Assembly: GCA_964594215.1 (NCBI GenBank)
Contig: CAZQLN010000003.1
Location: forward strand, 25,447 to 89,446
Direction of reading: 5' to 3'
DNA: 64,000 bases
Origin: an uncultured Bdellovibrionales bacterium
GTDB taxonomy: Bacteria; Patescibacteriota; Minisyncoccia; Moranbacterales; UBA1568
Shown here: positions 1-10,800 of the stretch, in pieces
Layout: each line of letters starts with the position of its first letter
How positions within the stretch are numbered: position 1 is the first letter of the stretch
Notes under the pieces: generated by a model
Told to the model about the DNA's origin: nothing
The model's input: only the letters and a program-made list of their open reading frames with translations
Databases searched by the model: none
Translations under genes and position numbers: made by a program

Positions 1-812
1 CAGCTAAGCGACCAAATGGCTACACTTTGTATCGTGGTGATATCCGTGACGCCAAACTTCTTGATAAAATTTTCAAGAAAGAAAAGATTGATAAAGTAGT
101 GCATCTGGCTGCTATGGCAGGAGTACGTTATTCTCTGACCAACCCAAGCCTTTATGTTGATGTCAATATAGTAGCCACTACTAAACTTCTTGACCGGGCT
201 GTCGCCTATAAAATCAAGAACTTTGTCTATGCCTCATCTTCTTCAGTGTATGGCAACAACACCAAGGTACCCTTTTCTGAAACTGATCCAGTCGACACAC
301 CTATCTCACCGTATGCAGCGACTAAGAAGGCGGATGAACTTATCGCTCATGTGTATAGTCATATCTATAAGCTTCCGACTACGGGTCTGCGCTTCTTTAC
401 TGTCTATGGACCATGGGGCAGACCGGATATGGGAGTTTTCAAATTTATCGAGAATATAATCCGTGGGAAAACTATTGAAGTCTACAACCATGGCAACATG
501 CGTCGTAACTTCACATACATTGATGATATCGTAGCTGGTGTTTTGACTACACTAGATGCTGACCTATCTTACGCCATAATGAATATCGGAGGAGATAGAG
601 ATGAAGCTCTCCTCGACTACATTGCTCTTGTAGAGAAACACACTGGCAAAAAATCCAAACAAAAACTAATGCCGATGCAGCCAGGTGATGTACCGAGTAC
701 AGTAGCTGATATCCGCCAATTACGTAAGTTGGGATGGAAACCTACTACGCGGATAGAAAAGGGTATTAAAAATTTTGTTGATTGGTACAAAGAATATTTC
801 AAGGTGCAATAA
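1..812 (+). CDS. NAD-dependent epimerase (UDP-glucuronate 4-epimerase-like), 5'-truncated by the window
   Basis: VHLAAMAGVRYS, ASSSSVYG, YAATK (YxxxK) and RFFTVYGPWGRPDM motifs. The frame is open to the window edge. Confidence 0.9.
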   Translation, partial: AKRPNGYTLYRGDIRDAKLLDKIFKKEKIDKVVHLAAMAGVRYSLTNPSLYVDVNIVATTKLLDRAVAYKIKNFVYASSSSVYGNNTKVPFSETDPVDTPISPYAATKKADELIAHVYSHIYKLPTTGLRFFTVYGPWGRPDMGVFKFIENIIRGKTIEVYNHGNMRRNFTYIDDIVAGVLTTLDADLSYAIMNIGGDRDEALLDYIALVEKHTGKKSKQKLMPMQPGDVPSTVADIRQLRKLGWKPTTRIEKGIKNFVDWYKEYFKVQ

Positions 813-813
813 T

Positions 814-1536
814 ATGGATCTACTCACACTTAATAATTTAACCAAAACCTACGAAAATGAAGGTGTAGAAACCCGAGCTCTGGTAGGGGCTACGTTTCGT
901 GTGAAGCAGGGAGAATTCGTTGCTATTATGGGCCCATCGGGATCGGGTAAATCTACCTTGATGCAGATCTTGGGTCTTCTTGATCGTTCAACGGGGGGTA
1001 CCTATGAACTTTCTGGTATCAATGTGGAGAAACTTCCTGATGACGAGCTTGCTATCCTTCGTAACGAAAGAATCGGATTTGTTTTCCAGGCCTTTAATCT
1101 TCTGCCACGGACGACAGTAGCTGAAAACGTTGAGTTGCCACTCCTATATAGTAATAAGTCCACAGGGAACGATAAGGAAAAAGTAGACAGAGCGCTTCTT
1201 TCGGTAAGTATGGAGCATCGTCGAGATTACCTTTCAAACCAGCTTTCCGGTGGGGAGAAACAGCGTGTAGCGATTGCAAGAGCCTTAGTTAATGATCCAG
1301 ACATTATTTTTGCTGATGAACCAACTGGAAATTTAGATTCCAAAGCCGGTCTTCAGGTGATGCGCATACTCCAGATGGCACATCTGGAGGGTAAAACTAT
1401 CATTCTTGTCACACATGAGACTGCTACGGCTGAACATGCCGAACGTATTTTGCGTATGCATGATGGAGAAATAGTGGCTGACGAACAGGTATTGCAAAGA
1501 CGCAATGCTCTCGATGCTACTGACCTCATCAAATAA
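814..1536 (+). CDS. ABC transporter ATP-binding protein (MacB/LolD-like)
   Basis: [37 protein letters not shown]. Likely ATG at 814, just after the upstream stop. Confidence 0.92.
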   Translation: MDLLTLNNLTKTYENEGVETRALVGATFRVKQGEFVAIMGPSGSGKSTLMQILGLLDRSTGGTYELSGINVEKLPDDELAILRNERIGFVFQAFNLLPRTTVAENVELPLLYSNKSTGNDKEKVDRALLSVSMEHRRDYLSNQLSGGEKQRVAIARALVNDPDIIFADEPTGNLDSKAGLQVMRILQMAHLEGKTIILVTHETATAEHAERILRMHDGEIVADEQVLQRRNALDATDLIK

Positions 1537-1537
1537 T

Positions 1538-2779
1538 ATGAAAATCACTGGTCCGCTTCGCATAGCCTATAATTCACTTCTCTCAGCTAAGCTGCGTTTT
1601 TTCTTGACAGTTCTCGGGATCATTATTGGGGTGGCAGCAGTGATCATGGTGATGGGTATTGGAGCGAGTGCTCAAGAGTTAGTTTTATCCCAAGTCAAAA
1701 AAGTGGGTTCTGATCTTATCGGCATCCTTCCGGGAGCTTCCGAGGAAGATGGTCCACCAGCCTCGGCTTTTGGTGTTGTCACCACCACTTTTGTAAACAG
1801 TGATCTTGAAAAAATACGTGAACGATCTAATGCCCCTCATCTCGTAGCGGTATCAGGGTATGTTTCAGGGAGTGCTACTCTTGAGACTAAACGAGATAAT
1901 CGAGAGGTGAGTTATCAAGGAGTCTCTCCAGATATGATAGCGGTAGAGAGCATTGATGTGCAGGCGGGAAGATTTTTCTTAGATGATGAAGAGAAAGATC
2001 TTTCTCGAGTCATTGTGTTGGGTGCCAATCGAGCCAAAGAATTTTTCCCCAATGGAGATGCCGTAGGACAAACAGTGAAACTCAAAGACACTCCTTTTCA
2101 GGTGATTGGAGTGCTTGAAGAGCGTGGCTCGACCGCTTTTTCAAGTCCAGATGATTATGTCTATGTACCTCTGGTGACGGCTCAGAAGCTACTCTTAGGC
2201 ATTAATTATCTTAACTTCGCTCGGGCTAAGGTGGATGATGTGGCTAATATAGAACGTAGCCGGGCAGATGTGACAGCTCTCCTTCGTCGAGAGCATGATC
2301 TTGATGATGACGAAGAGTCTGACTTTTCAGTCAGGAGTACAGCCGCTGCTCTTGGAGCACTTACGTCTATTACAGATATCTTGAAGTATTTCCTGATTGC
2401 TATCGCTTCGCTATCTCTATTGGTCGGTGGTATAGGGATTATGAACTCAATGCTTATCTCAGTATCGCAGCGTGTTCGAGAAATCGGTCTTCGCAAAGCG
2501 GTAGGGGCTAGACCCAAACACATTATCGCCCAGTTTCTTATCGAATCTATTTTTATCACCCTGTGTGGTGGAATCATCGGCATTATTTTTGGAGTGGGGC
2601 TGACTTTTGTGGCAAGTCTCATTATCATTCGACTTGGTTATGAATGGCAGTTTTTCGTACCAGTAATCTCACTTGTTCTTGGTTTCGGGGTATCACTGTG
2701 TATTGGTCTCATCTTTGGTATCTATCCAGCGCTCAAAGCATCTAAGGTGAGTGCTATGGAAGCTCTTCGTTATGAGTAA
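1538..2779 (+). CDS. ABC transporter permease (MacB/FtsX family)
   Basis: LTVLGIIIGVAAV, GGIGIMN, REIGLRKAVGA, FGIYPALKAS. Confidence 0.92.
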   Translation: MKITGPLRIAYNSLLSAKLRFFLTVLGIIIGVAAVIMVMGIGASAQELVLSQVKKVGSDLIGILPGASEEDGPPASAFGVVTTTFVNSDLEKIRERSNAPHLVAVSGYVSGSATLETKRDNREVSYQGVSPDMIAVESIDVQAGRFFLDDEEKDLSRVIVLGANRAKEFFPNGDAVGQTVKLKDTPFQVIGVLEERGSTAFSSPDDYVYVPLVTAQKLLLGINYLNFARAKVDDVANIERSRADVTALLRREHDLDDDEESDFSVRSTAAALGALTSITDILKYFLIAIASLSLLVGGIGIMNSMLISVSQRVREIGLRKAVGARPKHIIAQFLIESIFITLCGGIIGIIFGVGLTFVASLIIIRLGYEWQFFVPVISLVLGFGVSLCIGLIFGIYPALKASKVSAMEALRYE

Positions 2780-2782
2780 TTT

Positions 2783-4036
2783 ATGAAAAAAACTTTGCAA
2801 TCATTGCGTTTCGCCTTCCGTACAGTAGGCTCACACAAGCCTCGTACAGCCCTTGCCCTTCTCGGAGTGATGATCGGCGTGTTTTCGGTAGTGGTAGTAA
2901 TGGCTCTGGGGAACGGTGTCAAAAATTTTGTTCTAGGCCAAGTAGAAAGTTTTGGAACAGACTTGATTCAAGTAGAAGTTAAGGTACCGAATACAGGCAC
3001 TTTCTCTAATGATAATGCTTCATCAAGGACCCAAGGTACCCAGATAACTACACTCCTTCTTGATGACAAAGATGAGATTAAGAAATTACCGAATATTCTT
3101 GCGGCTTATGGAGGAACCATTGGTCAGGAACGAGCCACGAGTGGTTCTATTGGCAAACGTATCTTATTGTTTGGAGCGAGTAGTGAGGTGGCTTTAGTAG
3201 ATCAAAAAGCAACCTTAGCTGAAGGAAGATTTTATACTGAGGAAGAAGATGCAAGTCAGGCTCGAGTGGTAGTTTTGGGTCACAGTGTTAAAGAAACATT
3301 TTTTGGAGCAGGGAGCGCTATTGGTGAGAGTATTACCATGAAAGGTGAGAAGTACCGAGTAGTAGGGGTACTTGAGAGTCGTGGGTCGGCTGGCTTTTTC
3401 GATCTTGATAGTTTAGCCTATGTGCCGGCCGAAACTCTCCAGAAGAAAATTTTGGGTGTGGATTATGTGCAGATGATTTCGGTACGAATGAAGGATGCTT
3501 CCAAAGAAGAGGAAGCAGTAGCTGATATAGTAGCTTTGCTTCGTAAACGACATGATATTACTCATCCAGACAAAGATGATTTTTCAGTCACCTCTACCAA
3601 ACAAGCTCAGGAAACCCTCGGAGATGTATTGGGCTCACTGACTATTCTGTTACTGGCATTGACCTCTATCGCATTGGTAGTGGGGGGCGTGGGTATCATG
3701 AATGTCATGTATGTTTCAGTTGCTGAGAGAACCAGTGAAATTGGTCTCCGGAAGGCTTTGGGAGCTACCTCACAAGATATTCTGACTCAATTTCTTTTTG
3801 AAGCTCTTATTATTACTTTACTTGGAGGTGTTATTGGTATCATTCTCGGAATAGGGGCCTCTCTAGGTTTGTCAGCTATTTTTCAGGCTCTTGGTTTTGC
3901 TTTTAAGCTTCAATTCACTTGGACCGCCCTCTTCCTTGGTGCCCTTTTTTCACTTATTGTGGGTGTTATTTTTGGTTTAGCTCCGGCCTATCGTGCGGCT
4001 AAACTTTCACCTATGGAGGCTTTACGGAAGGATTAA
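2783..4036 (+). CDS. ABC transporter permease (MacB/FtsX family), paralog of the preceding gene
   Basis: GGVGIMNVM, ERTSEIGLRKALGA, PAYRAAKLSPMEALR. Confidence 0.92.
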   Translation: MKKTLQSLRFAFRTVGSHKPRTALALLGVMIGVFSVVVVMALGNGVKNFVLGQVESFGTDLIQVEVKVPNTGTFSNDNASSRTQGTQITTLLLDDKDEIKKLPNILAAYGGTIGQERATSGSIGKRILLFGASSEVALVDQKATLAEGRFYTEEEDASQARVVVLGHSVKETFFGAGSAIGESITMKGEKYRVVGVLESRGSAGFFDLDSLAYVPAETLQKKILGVDYVQMISVRMKDASKEEEAVADIVALLRKRHDITHPDKDDFSVTSTKQAQETLGDVLGSLTILLLALTSIALVVGGVGIMNVMYVSVAERTSEIGLRKALGATSQDILTQFLFEALIITLLGGVIGIILGIGASLGLSAIFQALGFAFKLQFTWTALFLGALFSLIVGVIFGLAPAYRAAKLSPMEALRKD

Positions 4037-4086
4037 GATGTGGTACGGTAGCCTCTGGTAATCTTCACAATATAGAGTAGAGAGGC

Positions 4087-4392
4087 ATGAACATGCAACT
4101 ATCAGTTCAAGGAAATCCTCTCATAGAGGAACTTGATTTGCCGATGGGAATCGAATGGCGCTTGCAAGCTGAGTACGGTATAACCCATGTGCGACAATTA
4201 CGGGCTTTTCCAAGGCTACGCCTTAGCCATCACGGCTTTCAGATATCTGAAATTGCTATTTTGGAAGATATGCTCCACAAGAAGGGTCTATATATGATCA
4301 ATCTGACTGGCGCAGAAAAAGTGGCTCTGGCAAGATACACTCAAGAAAGAAAGGGGAACGATGTCACAATTTTCCACACTACGGAAACCTGA
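4087..4392 (+). CDS. small hypothetical protein, RNAP alpha-CTD/HhH-like
   Basis: IEELDLP...L..EYGITHVRQL resembles the alpha-CTD pattern I(D/E)EL(D/E)L...L...GI.TV..L. SD-like GAGG upstream. Confidence 0.55.
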   Translation: MNMQLSVQGNPLIEELDLPMGIEWRLQAEYGITHVRQLRAFPRLRLSHHGFQISEIAILEDMLHKKGLYMINLTGAEKVALARYTQERKGNDVTIFHTTET

Positions 4393-4594
4393 CCGGCTTC
4401 AGCCTGGCGAGGAAAATATTGGCCTCATTCAAGGTTTTCCATCAGGAGATGTCTTGAAATTGAAAAAAGCTGGTGTATTCACGATAAACCAGTTGAAGAC
4501 CAAAACAGGGAAGGAAATCAAAAGCATTGGACTAGAAGTCAGAAAACTCGAAGTTTTTCTGGCTCGTAGAGGCTATAATATTACTTTCGCGTGA
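4361..4594 (+). CDS. small hypothetical protein, RNAP alpha-CTD/HhH-like
   Basis: KLKKAGVFTINQLKTKTGKEIKSIG. AAGGGG SD upstream. Confidence 0.55.
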   Translation: MSQFSTLRKPDRLQPGEENIGLIQGFPSGDVLKLKKAGVFTINQLKTKTGKEIKSIGLEVRKLEVFLARRGYNITFA

Positions 4595-4613
4595 AACTGT
4601 AGGAGAAAAATAG

Positions 4614-4838
4614 ATGTCACAAAACGATGAGCGGCAACTTACGAGTCGGGATGCTATCTATAAGCTGGGGCAGTTGCCTCAGGAGGAATGTAATACGCTG
4701 AGGAATCTCGGCCTGTCGCATATTGCAGATCTAGACCATATCAGTGTCGAGGATTTGGAAGGAGCGGGTGTGAGTCCGATAATCATCGGGATGCTCAATG
4801 AGCGTCTTGAGCATCACGGTTTCAATCCAGTTTTGTAA
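4614..4838 (+). CDS. small hypothetical protein, RNAP alpha-CTD/HhH-like
   Basis: NTLRNLGLSHIADLDHISVEDLEGAG...LEHHG. AGGAG SD upstream, terminator downstream. Confidence 0.55.
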   Translation: MSQNDERQLTSRDAIYKLGQLPQEECNTLRNLGLSHIADLDHISVEDLEGAGVSPIIIGMLNERLEHHGFNPVL

Positions 4839-4846
4839 GAGGGAAT

Positions 4847-4885
4847 AGGGTCTCGGTGTGCAGCGCACGCCGGGAGCCTTTTTTT
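4847..4885 (+). terminator. intrinsic terminator of the three-small-ORF unit
   Basis: ggtctcggtgtgc-agc-gcacgccgggagcc followed by T7. Confidence 0.8.
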
Positions 4886-4916
4886 ATACACGAGAGAATG
4901 CTATCCTAACAGAGTT

Positions 4917-5432
4917 ATGAAGTTGCCTGTTTGGAAACCCCTCTATATTTTTTTGAAGATTCTTGGCCTACCAGTAGAATGGGAGGTTTCTGTTGGGAGT
5001 GCGATTTTCCGTGAGACGACCAAGGGTCGCTTATATCTTTTGCTTCAGTATCCGAGCGGCCACTATGATTTTGCCAAGGGGCATGTAGAAGAGGGGGAAA
5101 CCGAAGAAGAAACCTTGCGTCGTGAGACCGAAGAAGAAACCGGCATTAATGATCTTAGAGTCTTCCCCAAACGAGTTAGTATTCGCTATTACTATGTAGC
5201 CAAGGGTAATGAACGCATTCGTAGAATAGAGGAGGGTCGTGGCATTTCTATTTTTAAACAAGTCCATTTTTACCCAGCGGAGACTAAAATCAGCCAAGTT
5301 AAGCTCTCGCATGAGCATATTGGCTATCTTTGGCTTCCTTATGAAGAGGCAGTAGAGCGAGTGACCTTCGAAAACGCCCGCAGAGTCATTCGTATGACTG
5401 AGGAGGAGTTTTCATCTATCAAGAAGGCTTGA
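4917..5432 (+). CDS. NUDIX hydrolase (Ap4A hydrolase-like)
   Basis: KGHVEEGETEEETLRRETEEETG Nudix box; LSHEH..Y.WL. Confidence 0.88.
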   Translation: MKLPVWKPLYIFLKILGLPVEWEVSVGSAIFRETTKGRLYLLLQYPSGHYDFAKGHVEEGETEEETLRRETEEETGINDLRVFPKRVSIRYYYVAKGNERIRRIEEGRGISIFKQVHFYPAETKISQVKLSHEHIGYLWLPYEEAVERVTFENARRVIRMTEEEFSSIKKA

Positions 5433-5486
5433 TCTTTTTCTTTTTCTCTGGCATACTAGTATTTCAATTTTACAGAGCCAGAATCG

Positions 5487-7139
5487 ATGCTTACCATCAA
5501 AAATATTCAAAAAAATGTCGGCGGGCAGAGGGTCTTAAATAAGGCCTCTTTTTCATTGGGTGAGGGTCAGCGAGCTGCTCTGATTGGCCTTAATGGCGTA
5601 GGTAAATCGACCTTACTGAAAATTATTGCTGGTATTGAAGAGCCGAATATTGGCAAAGTGATGAAGCCAAACCGAGTGCTTATGGGGTACCTTCCACAGG
5701 AGGCAGTCGCTGATAAGGATATGACATTAGCACTGTATCTACGAGAAATGGCTGGTCTTGGAGCTATTGAGACTGAACTCAAAACCCTTGAAGTTAAACT
5801 TGCGCTACCAGAAGTTCAGGAAAAGTATGATACTCTCATGGCCGAGTTTGAACGTCTTGGCGGTTATGAATTTGATCGACGGATTCAGAAAGTAGTGACA
5901 GGTCTCCGTATCAAGCACCTGGCTCCCGATCGCTCAATTCTGACTCTTTCTGGTGGAGAGCGTCGTAAGATTGCTCTAGCTGGAGTGTTGCTTCGAGGAG
6001 TAGACCTTCTTCTTCTTGATGAACCGACAAATAACCTCGACCTACCAGCTCTTACTTTCTTAGAGAATTGGTTGAAGAATAGCAAAACCACTTGTCTTAT
6101 TGCCTCTCATGATCGCCGTTTCCTTGATAGTGTTGTTACCAAAGTCATTGAGATTGATTGGTATCGTCGTGATACAGAAATCTTTGCGGGTAATTGGAGT
6201 CAGTTTATGGAAACCAAAGAACATGCCAGACGTCGTCTCAAAGAGCAGTACCGTCTTCAAGAAGAAGAACGAGCACGACTTACTTCATCGAAAGATGAAA
6301 AGATTGATTGGGTCACTCGAGTATGGGATAAGAAGAAGCGAGATAATGATAAGCAAGCCGATCATTTCAAAAAAGAACGAGCTGCCAAAAAATTCTCAGC
6401 CTCAGCCAGAGCTCTCGAAGGTCGTGAAAAGCGTTTGAATAAACTTGATAAACCAGTAGAAAAAGAGCCGCTGGAACTTGAGTTTGTAGAACCTCAAGAA
6501 ATCGAAGGTTCATACGATATTGTTTTCAGTTCCTTGGTTGCCGGTTATGGCACTGACTTTTCTGTTGGACCTATTGATTGGGAAATAACTTACGGCCAAA
6601 AAGTAGCCTTGCTTGGTGACAATGGTGTTGGCAAAACAACTCTTCTTAAAACTTTGGCTTCCGAATTGAAACCTTTATCTGGACAACTTATAGTTGGCGC
6701 AGAAGTACGTATGGGTTATCTTATTCAAGAACATGACCTCTTGCTTCAGAATGAGAATATGACTCTCGATGCTTACCTCAAGAAACGTCTATCATTTGAG
6801 CTTCATGAGAGCATCGGTACTCTGGTAGGTATTTATCAGCTTTCCCCGTTGTTCCTTGGTCATAAAATGAAGCATCTTTCACCAGGTGAACGTGTCCGCG
6901 TCCTTCTGTTGATCCTTGTGGAACAAAAAGCGAACTGTTTAATTCTCGATGAACCGACAAACCATCTGGATCTGGAATCTATCGAGGCTTTCGAGGAAGC
7001 GCTTAATGCTTTTCCGGGTACAGTTATTCTTGTTACTCATGATCGGATGTTTCTTGAGAGGATTCATTTAGATCAAAAAATGAAACTAGAGAATGGCCAG
7101 CTAGTCCCAGTTCTCGATACAGCTTTACCCAAAGAATAG
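5487..7139 (+). CDS. ABC-F family ATPase
   Basis: Two ABC domains (GLNGVGKS/LSGGE/DEPTNNLD and GDNGVGKT/LSPGE/DEPTNHLD), a charged linker and no TM segments. Confidence 0.92.
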   Translation: MLTIKNIQKNVGGQRVLNKASFSLGEGQRAALIGLNGVGKSTLLKIIAGIEEPNIGKVMKPNRVLMGYLPQEAVADKDMTLALYLREMAGLGAIETELKTLEVKLALPEVQEKYDTLMAEFERLGGYEFDRRIQKVVTGLRIKHLAPDRSILTLSGGERRKIALAGVLLRGVDLLLLDEPTNNLDLPALTFLENWLKNSKTTCLIASHDRRFLDSVVTKVIEIDWYRRDTEIFAGNWSQFMETKEHARRRLKEQYRLQEEERARLTSSKDEKIDWVTRVWDKKKRDNDKQADHFKKERAAKKFSASARALEGREKRLNKLDKPVEKEPLELEFVEPQEIEGSYDIVFSSLVAGYGTDFSVGPIDWEITYGQKVALLGDNGVGKTTLLKTLASELKPLSGQLIVGAEVRMGYLIQEHDLLLQNENMTLDAYLKKRLSFELHESIGTLVGIYQLSPLFLGHKMKHLSPGERVRVLLLILVEQKANCLILDEPTNHLDLESIEAFEEALNAFPGTVILVTHDRMFLERIHLDQKMKLENGQLVPVLDTALPKE

Positions 7140-7140
7140 T

Positions 7141-7848
7141 ATGTTTGTAAAAGGGATCCTTATTGTATCAATTGCTCTTCTCATGGCTTTTTTGTATTCC
7201 CTTTATTCACTGCAGAGAAAAATAGCTTTTTCGCAGAAGTTAGCTGCCACTACCACAGCCTACGAGAATCAGAGCGGCGATCTGACGACTTCAGTTCTGG
7301 TTCTTGGTGATAGTACAGCGGTAGGGGTGGGAGCTAGTAATAAAGAAACATCAATACCAGGACTCTTTGCCAAGGAAGTAAGAGCTACTTATTTGGAAAA
7401 TCGGGGAGTCTCGGGTGCGAAGGTAGCCGATTTGGCAGGACAACTTGATGGTAAAAATCTTCCAGAGTATGACTATATTCTGATTCAAATCGGTGGTAAT
7501 GATGTAGTGGCCAGACATGACCCACAAAGAGTGGCCCAAGAACTTCTTAGTGTCCTTCAAAAATTACCACCTCATCAAAAACTGATTGTCCAGATGTGTG
7601 GTAATGTTGGTAGGGCGCCATTGTTGCCTTGGTATGTGCATTTCTACTATACGCAAAAAAGCCTTGCTTTTCATAAGGCTTTTGAGAGCACTGTGACCAA
7701 CTTCGGTGGATTATACGTCAATCTCTATGTTCCTAAAACAGAAGATCCTTTTGTAGCACAACCAGAAATCTACTTCAGTGCTGATGGTTTTCATCCATCG
7801 AGCGCTGGCTATGCGTCATGGTTTGAAATACTGAAAAAGAGCCTCTAG
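7141..7848 (+). CDS. SGNH/GDSL hydrolase, N-terminally anchored
   Basis: LGDSTAVG, GVSGA, IGGND and DGFHP blocks. Confidence 0.9.
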   Translation: MFVKGILIVSIALLMAFLYSLYSLQRKIAFSQKLAATTTAYENQSGDLTTSVLVLGDSTAVGVGASNKETSIPGLFAKEVRATYLENRGVSGAKVADLAGQLDGKNLPEYDYILIQIGGNDVVARHDPQRVAQELLSVLQKLPPHQKLIVQMCGNVGRAPLLPWYVHFYYTQKSLAFHKAFESTVTNFGGLYVNLYVPKTEDPFVAQPEIYFSADGFHPSSAGYASWFEILKKSL

Positions 7849-7891
7849 CCTTCAAATAGTCTCAATATGCGTGGGGTAGTATACTAAATAT

Positions 7892-10800
7892 ATGAAATAT
7901 ACCCTCAATTTTAAAGAACTTGGGAAGAATGATGCTCTGGTAGCGGGAGGTAAGGGAGCATCTCTTGGAGAGATGATTCGGGCTGGTATTCCTGTGCCAG
8001 ATGGGTTTGTGATTTTAGCTGATACATTTGATCTCTTTCTCAAGGAGACGGACTTGTTACAGGAAATTGAGGCTATCTTAGACGGTGTTAATCATGAAGC
8101 TATTCATACAGTAGAAGCTGCCTCTGAGAGTATTCAAGGGCTGATACTTTCACGGCCCATACCAGAAGTGATACAGAAAGAGATTCAAGAAAAATTTGCG
8201 GATCTTGGAAGTCAATATGTTGCGGTTCGTAGTAGCGCTACAGCAGAAGATGGTATCGAGCACGCCTGGGCTGGCCAACTGGATAGTTATCTTAATACCA
8301 CAGAAAGAGACTTAATAGAAAAGGTACGTAAGTGTTGGGCTTCGCTTTTTACGCCGCGAGCTATATTTTACCGTTTTGAAAAAGGGCTTCATAGTACCAA
8401 AATCTCTGTGGCCGTAGTAGTGCAGAGTATGGTCAATAGCGAAAAGTCAGGCATTGCTTTTTCAGTTCATCCAGTCACAGAGGATTATAATCAACTGATT
8501 ATTGAAGCTGGTTTTGGTTTGGGTGAGGCGATTGTATCTGGCGCAGTGACACCCGATAGTTATGTGGTAGAAAAATCACCATGGAAGATTCTTGATATAA
8601 ATATCAGTCATCAAGGAAGGGCTCTTTATCGTATTGATGGTGGCGGGAATGAGTGGCGAGACTTGGGAGAATCCTTTGGGAGTAATAAAGTATTAAATGA
8701 GGCACAAATCCAAGAGCTTTCAGATATTATTGTGCAGATTGAAAAACACTACGGTTTTCCATGTGATATTGAATGGGCTTTTGAAGACGGAAAATTCTTT
8801 ATAGTACAAAGCCGTCCAATTACTACTCTTAGTACAAAAGGAAACATAAACTTACAGAAGATAGAAAAAATCTTTTCTCGTGATTTTACGATGATCGCTC
8901 TAGAAATGGACTATCGTATGGAATACCAACGGGCTCGTCCTTGGGCTAAAGGAGAGAATCCGTATTCTCCGTACTTAGTTTTCTGGCGGAATGATGGGAC
9001 AAATAAAATTTACTTCAATTCAAAGGGAGTGGAGTGGATTCAGAGGGAGTTAGAGAAAAGAGTTCGAGAGAATAAGGATTTCCTGAAACTGGTAGAAGAA
9101 AATGTCAGGAAGGGAATTTCCTATATTAGGCCTGTTTATGAGGCGGAGAAAGCTATTGATCGAGAAAGCTTGATTCGATTTGTGGAGGAATTTATGGCGG
9201 CTTACTTCTGGATAGAGGCAATGTGGTGGATTAAGGGGATGGCTGACGAAAATCTTAAGGATATTGATTGTGCAAATATCGTGAGACTTCGAGAAGAAAC
9301 AGAGACACTTTCCGCCGCTACCGATAGAGTTATCCGTAAATCATTAGAAAAACTTTATCCGAAACTTGGTTTACTTTCAGCCATGATTTCTTTTGATGAG
9401 CTTAAAGGCGGAAATATTCCATCTGAAGAAGTACTAAGAACCAGAGATCAAGGCTTTGTTCTTATCAACAACGAAATTATCATTGATAAAAACTTTGATG
9501 ATGTTCTTAAAGAAAATGGATTGGAGTTAGTCGAGGAATCATTTCAGATGTTAGGTGAAGAATTAGAAGGACAGTCAGCTAGTAAGGGAAGGTACACTGG
9601 AAGAGTAGTGAGAGTAATGGGACATAACGACTTTGAAAAAGTTCAGGAAGGAGATGTATTAGTTTCACCAATGACTATGGTGGACTTTCTTCCTGTTATG
9701 AAAATAGCAGGAGCTTTTGTGACTGATGAAGGCGGAGCCCTCTGTCACGCTGCTATTGTGGCGCGTGAACTTGATAAGCCTTGTATTATAGGTACCAAGG
9801 TAGCTACGCAAGTATTTAAAGATGGAGACCTTATAGAGGTGGATGCTGATAATGGTGTGGTGAGGATTTTGGAAAAAGCGGAGGAATTAGAGATAGGTAA
9901 CTATCAAAAACTTTTCCAGTGGCCAGGAGAGTTTTCACATTTTCTCTCGTCTTACTTTATGGCCATATACAACAAGCACAAGGCCATCTCTTTGCATGAT
10001 GGAAACATGTGGCAGAGTTTCTTGCCGTATACATCAAAGGAAAAAACGCTTAAGTTAGGATTAGCACTGTATTCTTCTAAACAAGAGTATGAGGAATTGA
10101 GAAAAGGTCTGACAGAAGGCTTTGTAGAGCTTACTGCCCACTTCAATCAGGTACTGAAAAAAGATACCCTTACAAAAGAAGAAGTGGGGGCCTTCTTTGA
10201 TCAGGCATTAGAACACTACAACTATTACTCTCAAACAGAATTTTTCTTTACCGATCTTGCGTACTCTGAAATGAATAACGTTTCACAAATTCAAAAGAAC
10301 TTTGAAACTTTTGATGAATTGAAATTACAGGGCAGAGAATACTTGAATAAAATTGCATTAGCTCCAGGTTGTTACCTTGATAGGCTCATTGAGAAAATTG
10401 CACAGCAACTGAGTTATGACATTAGTGCCCTTAAGTGTCACTCTATTAATGAGATTCTGGAGTTGTTTGATGGAAAGAGTGTGAAGTCGGACGAACTGGT
10501 AAACAGAAATCAATACTTCATGCATGGGAGAGGATCTCATGCGGAGGTGCTTACCGGGGATACAGCCTTGAGAAAAATCCGTGACTTTTTTGCAGAAGTG
10601 GCTAAAACAAATGAAGTGAAGGGGCAAATTGCTAACAAAGGCTACTATCAGGGGCGTGCAAGGGTTTTTCGATTTTCTCTTTCAGAAATTAATTTGATGG
10701 ATGAAGAGATTGAGAAAATGGAGAAAGGGGAAATACTCATAGCGGATACTACAGCACCAGAAATTATTCTTGCTTGCAAGAAGGCTGGCGCGATTGTCAC

